From a virus (lineage: Duplodnaviria; Caudoviricetes), in the IMG/VR virus record IMGVR_UViG_3300022562_000719, positions 1 through 53,954 of that record: 53,954 nt of DNA. One strand, given 5' to 3'. The notes beneath the pieces were generated by a model that saw only the letters and a list, made by a program, of their open reading frames with translations, did not search any database and had not been told where the DNA came from. A program made the translations under genes and the position numbers. Below, piece after piece: positions 1 through 7,382 of the stretch; position 1 is the stretch's first letter, and each line of letters begins with the position of its first letter.

Positions 1-40
1 CTCCGCTGCCCCGTATAGGTTTTTTGGCCTGGGAGAACCT
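1..40 (-). other. Putative cos/packaging-site region at the contig junction
   Basis: Minus strand reads AGGTTCTCCCAGGCCAAAAAACCTATACGGGGCAGCGGAG. If circularised it continues ~44 nt upstream of the terminase small subunit start (53910). GGGCAGCGG resembles lambda cosN GGGCGGCGACCT, and the terminase is GpA-type. Confidence 0.5.
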
Positions 41-43
41 CCG

Positions 44-129
44 GAATTTTTTCCTCTACTGAATTTATTCCTAAGGATTAAATCCCTGTCCTTCATTCTT
101 ATGATTTCATTCCTAAAGATTTAATTCCT
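44..129 (+). repeat. Degenerate 12-mer repeats, consensus ~GAWTTNATTCCT
   Basis: Copies at 44 (gaattttttcct), 61 (gaatttattcct), 76 (gattaaatccct), 103 (gatttcattcct) and 118 (gatttaattcct). Another copy at 53943-53954 (gaatttatccct). Confidence 0.7.
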
Positions 130-222
130 ATTTCACTCAACACAAACCAACTGCATTCCATTTGCAGCCACACATCTACCGGGCGTCGCCACAACGCGCG
201 GGACACAACCTAGCTGCACTCC

Positions 223-708
223 TCAGGCCGCAACTAAGTCTTTCTCACACACGCTAACACGTACTTGTTGACCAAGTAATTGCATCAATACATTCGCACG
301 CTCTGCTGATGTCATACCCTCGTAGATGCACACCGTACCAGCAAACGCACCGTGTTCAATGCGTACACGTTGTCCCTTACGCAACGCAGGTGCAGGTTGA
401 TAAAACCCGTTTCGCTCTTCTACCTTCAACCGTTCCACCACAGCGTCGTCCAGCGTTGCAAGTTGTCCGTTGCTCATAAGCACGTAAGCAACACCTAGAA
501 TGTTTGATATTGATTGCTGTGCTGTGTGCAACAAGCGCTGCACGAAAACATACCGAGGGAACAATGGTTCAACATGTTCAATGCGTCTACCTGCATATCG
601 CTTGACGTATCTAAGTTTAGGGAGCCAACAATGCAGACCCACGCGCGTTGCGTGGTGCACGAATTTGTCCTCGGCCTGTGGGTGTGTGAATACAATAGCC
701 CAGGGCAT
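223..708 (-). CDS. NusG/RfaH-family transcription antitermination protein
   Basis: NGN domain (W-AIVFTHPQAE...PLFPRYVFV) and KOW motif (GQRVRIEHGAFAG). Start MPWAIV at 708 follows AGGAG. Confidence 0.85.
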   Translation of the reverse strand: MPWAIVFTHPQAEDKFVHHATRVGLHCWLPKLRYVKRYAGRRIEHVEPLFPRYVFVQRLLHTAQQSISNILGVAYVLMSNGQLATLDDAVVERLKVEERNGFYQPAPALRKGQRVRIEHGAFAGTVCIYEGMTSAERANVLMQLLGQQVRVSVCEKDLVAA

Positions 709-823
709 AAGCGTGTGCGCTCCTGGGTCAATGGTTATAAGCGCACACAACACAGCAGCACAAGAGACCTTTATTAAAAATGTTGCAGCTGAGCACCTAC
801 GACTAAAGTGTACCCGCCAAAAC

Positions 824-1041
824 AAGGCGGGAAATCCAGTACCCTTCATTTTGTCCCCCCTTCTGAATTTTGTCCCCCCTTTAAGTAAAAACAATGGGTT
901 AGGGGAAGGCGGGAAAGTGAGAAGGCGGGAAAATGATAGAGGTAGGGGGAAGGCGGGAAAGGTGGAGAAGGGGGGAAACAGGTTATAGGGGCTAAGTCAT
1001 TGATTTAAAGGGAAGGCGGGAAAGGCGGGAAAGGCGGGAAA
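824..1041 (+). repeat. AAGGCGGGAAA iteron-like repeats
   Basis: Perfect copies at 824, 906, 922, 950, 1013, 1022 and 1031; variant at 968. Also a 15-bp direct repeat ATTTTGTCCCCCCTT at 848 and 867. Confidence 0.85.
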
Positions 1042-1779
1042 ACATAGTGTAATAGTGTCGTCCCCACCTTGGCGCGCCAGCACCGCACCTGACACCCATA
1101 ACACCCAGCGACTCCGCAGTCGGCAGGGGTCAGCGATGTCAAACAGGTGTTGACACCAGCTGACACCACCAGAACGCGGACTCACGCGGAGTCAGCAGAG
1201 TCTGCTGAGTGTCAGCCCCTGCATACCACCTACAGCGAGGATTCAGCGCGGCTCAGCTGTAGTCAGTGAAAGTCTGCCCCAATAAGCCACCGCAAGCGCA
1301 CACTCACCAGGACTCAATGAGATTCACCGCGCAAAGGGATACGAGGGGGCCCAGCTCACACCGACGCAGCCAGTAACCACCCAGCTGAGCACTATGCCGC
1401 GCCGGTAGCAACGCAAGTACAGCGCGCCGGCCGGCCACCGCTTACGCGCTGCCAGGAAGGTGTGCACCACCAAGCGCAGGGACGGGGAACGGTGGTGGTA
1501 GCAGCTAAGGAAAGTTTTGCCATATGAGGCTATGCGCATGTCGTGCTCCTGTGTTTGTCCCTGCATGCTACACCAGCAAGGCACGGTACTTCAAGCGAGT
1601 CAGCGGGATTCAGCGAGACTCAGCAGAATTACCCCGAAAATAGGGGTTATTTAAAGAAAGGCAGCACAATTCTGCTGGCTGGTTTGAAAGGTAGCACAAT
1701 TCAGCGCCCACTCAGCCACATTCGGTGCTATTCAAGGGGACTCAGCTGCATTCAACCCCGTTTGCCACCGCTGACGCCT

Positions 1780-2116
1780 ATTTCAACAGGGTTCAAAGGG
1801 GTCAAGCAGCAGTTGACACCATTAGACCCAGCAGAATCTAGATTCTTAAGGGGTCGGCAGGGGCTAACACCACCTTGACCCCACTGACTACCCGAGAAAC
1901 GTGTTTCTCAGGGTGTCAGCGGTATCCAGCAGCAGTTGACACCTGCCAACCCCGGAGAAACGCGGTTCTCACGTAGTCACAGGGGTCAAACACCACCTGA
2001 CACCCCTAAACCCCTGCCGACTCCGGGTTCACAAGGGGTCAAAGGGGTCAAAGTGGCCTTGGATACCATTGGATACCCAAGAAACAAGGTTCACAAGGGG
2101 TCAAAGGGGTCAAAGT
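1780..2116 (+). repeat. Degenerate ~62-bp tandem repeat (at least 6 units) with a 123-bp higher-order period
   Basis: 29-mer GGTTCACAAGGGGTCAAAGGGGTCAAAGT exact at 2026 and 2088, degenerate at 1780, 1841, 1903 and 1964. AGCAGCAGTTGACACC at 1805 and 1928. Confidence 0.8.
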
Positions 2117-2256
2117 ATGGCTAACACCCAGCCAGCCGGCCCTAGGCGCGCACCCCACCAAGTCCCGGCATTACCCTACCCCACCCAGCCAGCACCAGCG
2201 CCGGCTATGCTCCCCGCGGACCTGGTGTGTCCCTACTCTGCGAGACTCAGTGTGAT

Positions 2257-4353
2257 TCAAAGAAGCAACCGCCACATCCACGGCCCCACCTCACCCCGTG
2301 TTTTTTCCGACACTACCCCGAGCTTGTCCTTTGCATAGCGCAACTGGTGACCTGTAAACCCCTCCTTAAATGCAGCAGCTTCAATGTCGGGTGCAGCAAC
2401 CGGACCTTCACGCAACATGTCACACAACCAGTTCTGAACCTTGTTGTGCTCCTTTGCTTTTTCCTTGCGCTCAAAGCTCCCGTTGCTCGCAGCTACCGCA
2501 TCATCGGCCGTAACACCCTCAACCTCCCCTTCCCACACCACAAACGGCGCGTCGACATCCACCCCTGTGACGTGGTCTTTTTCAACAAACTTCACCTCCT
2601 GCTTATATGCAAGCGACGGCATCATTTTGTGCACGTTGGTTTTAGCGTTTGAAAACAACTTGCGACCTGTGGGAACACGTGCACCTTCCTCGTCCTTTTC
2701 CATTTCGTCAGTGCAGATGTGCCCAATTCTACCGGCAGCAATAAAGGCCTGTGACCCTATAAAGTGGTCAATGGCACGCGTCCCCGCGCTCTTGGGTGGA
2801 TGCGTAATGGTTGACAGCGCGATGTTGGTACGTTCAGCAAAGTCCTTAAGGGGACCGAGCTGCGAGCGCACCTCCGTGGCTTTGTGGCTGTCCATTTTAC
2901 CACCCATGTAGGCCGTTATGGGATCAAGTGTAATCAACCCCACGTTGCCAATGTCCAGCACAATGCGCTCGAGCTGGTCGAGGTCCTCGGCCAGGAGGAA
3001 CTGGCGGTCCTTACCCTCCGAGCGTATGCGGTTCAAAATGAAGACGCGTCTGCAATCGGCACCCGCTGCCAGCAAGCGCGGTTTGACCTCCTGCTCGAGC
3101 GTATCTTCTGCCGTAAGCATAATGACGTTCATGGGTTCAACAGCAGGTGCACCGTCCGGCCACGGCAGCCCCGCTGTGGCGCACGCTATGAAATGGATCT
3201 GCACCTGCGACTTACCCAGCCCAGGGATCCCCGTGAGCAGCTCTTGCGCACCGCGTAACAGATGCCCCGGCCACACCCAATCCTTGGCGCGCGAACGTAT
3301 GTCAGCAGCGCACAACACAAGACTGGTCTTCTTGCTGGTTGCTTGCGGCTGGAATTTTCTTCTTATGCGCAGCACGTCCGCGGACAAATCCTTGCCTTCG
3401 ACGTAGCGCTTGCCAATACCTCGAGGATGCGTGTTAAAAAGCGCAATGATATCGGGGTCGGATACGCCGCGCGTTTGGAGTTGTTCTATGACCGATGCAG
3501 CGGTTGAAGACGTGTCTTCCCCTTCGTAGGGTGGTGCCGCTATTGCTTTCTTCAATGCTGCCGGCAATTTTGCGAACAGATCTCCCAGCGCTGTCGCGCT
3601 CTTGGGTGCTTGCGGTTGCTCGGTGGGGATAGGTTGTTCGGGTGCTGGGAATGCTTCCAGCATGTGGATGGAATTATTAAAGCGAATGAGCTTGGTGGGG
3701 CACGGGGTGCGGCCCGCCTCGAGCTTTTTCTTGTTGGGGATGTTGGTGGTGCCTGGTAAGCGCAGTATGCGGTCAATATTTTGTGTGCCTGCAACCGATC
3801 CCAGCTTAAGCATTAACGCTGCCGCGCGCTGCTCAACATCCTCAATTATTTTTGCATCCTGTGCGGCGTAGGACTTTTTACCCTCAGCGCCCGCAATAGG
3901 TTCACCCAGCGTAATTGGTTCAGCAAGCTTCCACAGCGCTTGGATGCCGTTGCCCGAGTCTATAATAACGGTTGACGGTGGATGGTAGGAAGTAAGCGCG
4001 GTCAGGTAACGCGCCTTTGCCTGCTCCGGTGTTTCGTCGTGCTTGGGATCAAGGTCCGCGGGGATGTACTCAATTGCCGCAATGTCAAACTTGGAGGCCT
4101 TTTTAATTAAGTTGGAGCGCGTGGGATTGACCGAGAAGTATAGATTTTTGTGCTTGTCACGGAAGCGTACGAACTTAACCACCTGCTCGGGGTCGTCCGT
4201 GGTGATGGTTTCAGTGGGACCGTCGGGCACAATGGCAGTGAGCGTCCACGGCCCGCCTGGGCGCAGTTGCTCAAGGAACTCCACCGTCTCCCTGTAGTCC
4301 TGCGGTGGTGGTTGCCCGCCTGCTGGTTGTTTCCAGGGTCGCTCTGCTGTCAT
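2257..4353 (-). CDS. Primase-helicase (RepB-type primase + RecA-like AAA_25 helicase)
   Basis: N-terminal NLYFSVNP, ADLD, DSGNGIQALW, RILRLPGT. C-terminal Walker A GIPGLGKS and Walker B LITLDP. Confidence 0.85.
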   Translation of the reverse strand: MTAERPWKQPAGGQPPPQDYRETVEFLEQLRPGGPWTLTAIVPDGPTETITTDDPEQVVKFVRFRDKHKNLYFSVNPTRSNLIKKASKFDIAAIEYIPADLDPKHDETPEQAKARYLTALTSYHPPSTVIIDSGNGIQALWKLAEPITLGEPIAGAEGKKSYAAQDAKIIEDVEQRAAALMLKLGSVAGTQNIDRILRLPGTTNIPNKKKLEAGRTPCPTKLIRFNNSIHMLEAFPAPEQPIPTEQPQAPKSATALGDLFAKLPAALKKAIAAPPYEGEDTSSTAASVIEQLQTRGVSDPDIIALFNTHPRGIGKRYVEGKDLSADVLRIRRKFQPQATSKKTSLVLCAADIRSRAKDWVWPGHLLRGAQELLTGIPGLGKSQVQIHFIACATAGLPWPDGAPAVEPMNVIMLTAEDTLEQEVKPRLLAAGADCRRVFILNRIRSEGKDRQFLLAEDLDQLERIVLDIGNVGLITLDPITAYMGGKMDSHKATEVRSQLGPLKDFAERTNIALSTITHPPKSAGTRAIDHFIGSQAFIAAGRIGHICTDEMEKDEEGARVPTGRKLFSNAKTNVHKMMPSLAYKQEVKFVEKDHVTGVDVDAPFVVWEGEVEGVTADDAVAASNGSFERKEKAKEHNKVQNWLCDMLREGPVAAPDIEAAAFKEGFTGHQLRYAKDKLGVVSEKTRGEVGPWMWRLLL

Positions 4354-5294
4354 GCTGCACCGTTAACCCACTCGGTGCCATCCTTAAGCTTGTATTTCAC
4401 CCAGCGGTCTTTTTCGTTTGCATCAACCTGCTCCCCAGGAACAAGCGACGGAAGGAATAAGTGCTTGGGGCAACCCTTTTGCTGCTCGTCGTACTCAAGC
4501 TCCTTATCGTACAGCGTACAGCGCACCACCGCACCGTCAAGGAACTCAGCTGAAATACACGTGCGGCAATTTTTGCGCGCGAGCTCTCCCGCATGACATA
4601 CGTCTGCGTGGTTGCACCACTGGCAAGCGTAAGCTGCCTTTGAAGTAGGGTCTTCAAACAGTTTACCGGGTGCAACATGTGCAGCCACAATGCGGCGAAC
4701 CTTTGCTTCAACCTGTAGCGCGTGCACCTTATCGAACTCAATGCGCTCTGCATACAGCGCATCATCGTTCTTATTAACTGCCAAATAGAGCGCGCGCTTT
4801 ATGTTTTCAGCGTGCATGTATGCTTGGCACTGCGCATAGTGATCGGGCTTTGTTGCTTTCAGCTTCTTTTTCTTAAGCTCCTTAAATGATTTTTCGTTGT
4901 GCGATTTGCACTCAACCACATGCACTGTCGCGGGTGCTTCGGGTAGACCTGTTACCTTACCATCCAGCCTCCCACGCAGCCAACCTTCCACCAGCTCAAC
5001 GCGAAACTGCTGCCCCGTTGCCGGGTCCAGGCGTTCAACCTGCATGCCGGCGTTTTCCAGGTCGTCAAGCAACCGCTTTTCCTCAAGGTTGCCGGTATCA
5101 AACCTGCGCTGCTTTTGCCCGCTAATTTTTTCAGGTGGCGACACCCACCGCAACGTGTACCAAATAGCGCGCTCGCATTCGTTTCCAATTATCCCCATAG
5201 GAACACCGCGTGAGTCACCAAAGTTGGAGCGCTTTTCGTACGCGTCCCAAATAGCGTTGACGGTGTGGCTAATAGGTTCGGGGAGAGCTACCAT
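4350..5294 (-). CDS. Cas4-like PD-(D/E)XK exonuclease
   Basis: GRLDG...VVECKS...HYAQCQAY nuclease motifs. An N-terminal Cys plus CxxCxxxxxC suggests an Fe-S cluster. Confidence 0.8.
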   Translation of the reverse strand: MVALPEPISHTVNAIWDAYEKRSNFGDSRGVPMGIIGNECERAIWYTLRWVSPPEKISGQKQRRFDTGNLEEKRLLDDLENAGMQVERLDPATGQQFRVELVEGWLRGRLDGKVTGLPEAPATVHVVECKSHNEKSFKELKKKKLKATKPDHYAQCQAYMHAENIKRALYLAVNKNDDALYAERIEFDKVHALQVEAKVRRIVAAHVAPGKLFEDPTSKAAYACQWCNHADVCHAGELARKNCRTCISAEFLDGAVVRCTLYDKELEYDEQQKGCPKHLFLPSLVPGEQVDANEKDRWVKYKLKDGTEWVNGAA

Positions 5295-5310
5295 TGTGAG
5301 ACCCCAGGAT

Positions 5311-5332
5311 GCCGGGGCATTTGCGCCCCGGC
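5311..5332. other. GC-rich intergenic hairpin
   Basis: GCCGGGGC-N6-GCCCCGGC between the SSB and the nuclease, with no U-tract. Confidence 0.55.
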
Positions 5333-5350
5333 TGTTGTAGCGGTGTTGGG

Positions 5351-5884
5351 TTAGAACGGGATCTCGTCGTCCAATTCCTGCGTTGTTTTATTCGCCCACG
5401 GCTTAGCAGGTGCAGCCGCTTTCCCCTTTTGCGCTTGTACCGGCGCTTTGCCGGGTGCGGTCCTGGTCGGTCCCTTGTTGGGCATTGCATAGTGCAGCGT
5501 ATTCTGCGGTCCGTACACACCATTGGGATCTCGCCGCACACCCACACGTGCGGTGAACGGTTTGAAATGAAGCTGCTCGGTGTCCTTGAGCTGGCCGATG
5601 TCAAGGTGGATCAGGTTGCACAGCGACTTGAGGGAAGTCTGCGCAATGCGCTGCGCCTCAGCGCTTTGATTGCGGATGTTTAAGCGATCCCATATCAAGC
5701 GGTTGGCATACTCCCCGTCGATAACCTGCACCGTGAGCACAAGCATTTCGCCCGTACCTGCTTTTGTCTCCTCGATCTTGCTGTCAATCACCTGCATGTT
5801 GTAGGTGCCCGACGGTATTGGGTCGAAGTTACGCTCATCGTCCGGGATTTCGTTGGGGTCGAATTGTTGATTAAGAGCGACCAT
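5351..5884 (-). CDS. Single-stranded DNA-binding protein (DUF669-like)
   Basis: FDPIPSGTY...GEYANRLIWDRLN, acidic DDEIPF tail, adjacent to a Sak4-like ATPase. Confidence 0.8.
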   Translation of the reverse strand: MVALNQQFDPNEIPDDERNFDPIPSGTYNMQVIDSKIEETKAGTGEMLVLTVQVIDGEYANRLIWDRLNIRNQSAEAQRIAQTSLKSLCNLIHLDIGQLKDTEQLHFKPFTARVGVRRDPNGVYGPQNTLHYAMPNKGPTRTAPGKAPVQAQKGKAAAPAKPWANKTTQELDDEIPF

Positions 5885-5916
5885 GGAAATGTTCCTTTGT
5901 GTTGATGTTGCGTGCG

Positions 5917-6723
5917 TCAGCCTGCTGCCATTGGATTGGCAACCGCTTTTAGCTTCTTGGTTTCGGGAAAAAACGGAGCAAGGGTTTCATAGCCCTTACC
6001 CTTTTCATATTGAACCTTGTCCGGCAAATTGTAGCGGTTCTTTGCCACGTATGCGGGACGCGGTGTTGCGTGGATGAAGCGGTTGCCACCACCGTCAGCA
6101 CGCACCCGCGTACCTGGGCCGGTCTTGGCCTTGGGGTCGTTTTGTTTGAGGGTGATGTCCTGGTTGAGGAACAGGATTGCGTCAACCTCGTCCTGAAAGA
6201 TCCCAATGGCGCGCTTGTGCAGCCGTATGTCGTAGCGGCTGTACGACGCGGTCATGGGGTCATTGACGGTTTCAATTGTTGAGTGCGCAATGTACACAAC
6301 ACCCATGCCTTTATCACGCCGCAGCGCGTTCATGCCGTCGAGCATTTCACGCCAGTAGTTGTCAGCTGCAACGTAGCCTTTACCGAAGCCTGGTGTTTCA
6401 ATGTTTTGCCACTGGTTGTCAGCGCACACCTTTGCCCACACCAAGGGTTCAAGCTTGTCCAAGCTGTCAAGCACCACCGTCTTGCCCTTGTGGTGCTCGG
6501 TGTACAGCAAAGCGATTGCTTCCATCACCTTGTCGTAGCTGTCCAAGCGACCAAAACTTTGCAGCTCGAGGTCCGACGGTGTGCCGTCTTCGACCTGTAG
6601 AAAAACCGGATCGGGCCACTCGGCCGCGAGCGTGGTTTTACCAATACCAGGAGGGCCGTAGATTAAAGCCCTGGGTGGCATGGTCGCCTTCACCGTGTGA
6701 AGGTCTTTCATGCTTAGTGCCAT
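5917..6723 (-). CDS. Sak4-like AAA_24 ATPase (ssDNA annealing/recombination)
   Basis: LIYGPPGIGKTT, VVLDSLD, GFGKGY, AKNRY. Confidence 0.85.
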   Translation of the reverse strand: MALSMKDLHTVKATMPPRALIYGPPGIGKTTLAAEWPDPVFLQVEDGTPSDLELQSFGRLDSYDKVMEAIALLYTEHHKGKTVVLDSLDKLEPLVWAKVCADNQWQNIETPGFGKGYVAADNYWREMLDGMNALRRDKGMGVVYIAHSTIETVNDPMTASYSRYDIRLHKRAIGIFQDEVDAILFLNQDITLKQNDPKAKTGPGTRVRADGGGNRFIHATPRPAYVAKNRYNLPDKVQYEKGKGYETLAPFFPETKKLKAVANPMAAG

Positions 6724-6790
6724 CTGCTACCTTTCGGATGACGCGTGCCCCTGGTTGATGTGCGTAAGGAATGCAACGGGGATCGTTGAG

Positions 6791-7198
6791 TCATCGTTTT
6801 GCGAGCACTGCCCGCATTGCACTCCTTTTACCAAAGTGAATTCCTTGCCGGAAAACATCCATGTCACGCAGCACCTCGAGCGCTTCATCCAGCCCGTATG
6901 CAATGTGATAGACACCGCCTGCATTAGTTAAGCTGGTTTGAAAACCGCGCTGCTCTTCAGACTGCTTACCTGTTTCGGTCTTAAGCTCGAGACCGTGAAA
7001 TATGCGGTCAACAACAAACATAAGGTCAGCTGCACCCGGCAGCACACCCTGCGCCTTAAGGCGCGTGCCGGTAGTGCGCGAGCGTTGTTCTCCGTTGGGG
7101 CATGCCCACCAGCAGATATCATACCGCGCATAGACACGAAGCAGCAGTACGATATGTTGCTGCAACGCGTCCTCGGACATTAACGCTTTGCGCGTCAT
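6791..7198 (-). CDS. VRR-NUC nuclease (Holliday-junction resolvase-like)
   Basis: PNG...GVLPGAADL...LELKTETGKQSEEQ. Confidence 0.85.
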   Translation of the reverse strand: MTRKALMSEDALQQHIVLLLRVYARYDICWWACPNGEQRSRTTGTRLKAQGVLPGAADLMFVVDRIFHGLELKTETGKQSEEQRGFQTSLTNAGGVYHIAYGLDEALEVLRDMDVFRQGIHFGKRSAMRAVLAKR

Positions 7199-7341
7199 GC
7201 TGGTTGCTTTAATTGCTTAGCAGCTTCCTCGAGTAGCTCGCGCAAGTCAGCAAACGCAAGTACATATTCACCATTTAAATTCCAAGGAAAAGTTACCTTG
7301 GCTAGATCTTCAAGTTTTTGAATTAGTAATGCTCTGTTCAT
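7195..7341 (-). CDS. Small hypothetical protein (48 aa, MNRALLIQKL...)
   Basis: CACAGGAG RBS; ATGA overlap with VRR-NUC; not in the ORF track. Confidence 0.6.
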   Translation of the reverse strand: MNRALLIQKLEDLAKVTFPWNLNGEYVLAFADLRELLEEAAKQLKQPA

Positions 7342-7382
7342 TTTGAAGTCTCCTGTGTTGCGCGAAAACGGTAGTTAGTTTT

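Larger units (their letters stand above)
800..2256. promoter_or_regulatory. Probable replication origin / control region (largely non-coding)
   Basis: ~1.45 kb directly downstream of the primase-helicase with no convincing ORF, several repeat families, palindromes and 16 GANTC sites. Confidence 0.55.

Noticed and set aside
1780-2116. CRISPR array (29-bp repeat + 33-bp spacer geometry, Cas4-like gene nearby)
   Set aside because: Only two repeats are identical and the others match 17-22 of 29. The would-be spacers resemble each other, there is no cas1/cas2 or effector, and the Cas4-like gene sits in a standard Sak4-SSB module.
997-2338. Short ORFs in the repeat region (e.g. 997-1185, 1543-1878, 2069-2338)
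   Set aside because: Translations mirror the DNA repeats (FPAFPAFP, KGSKGSK) and lack good RBSs or motifs.
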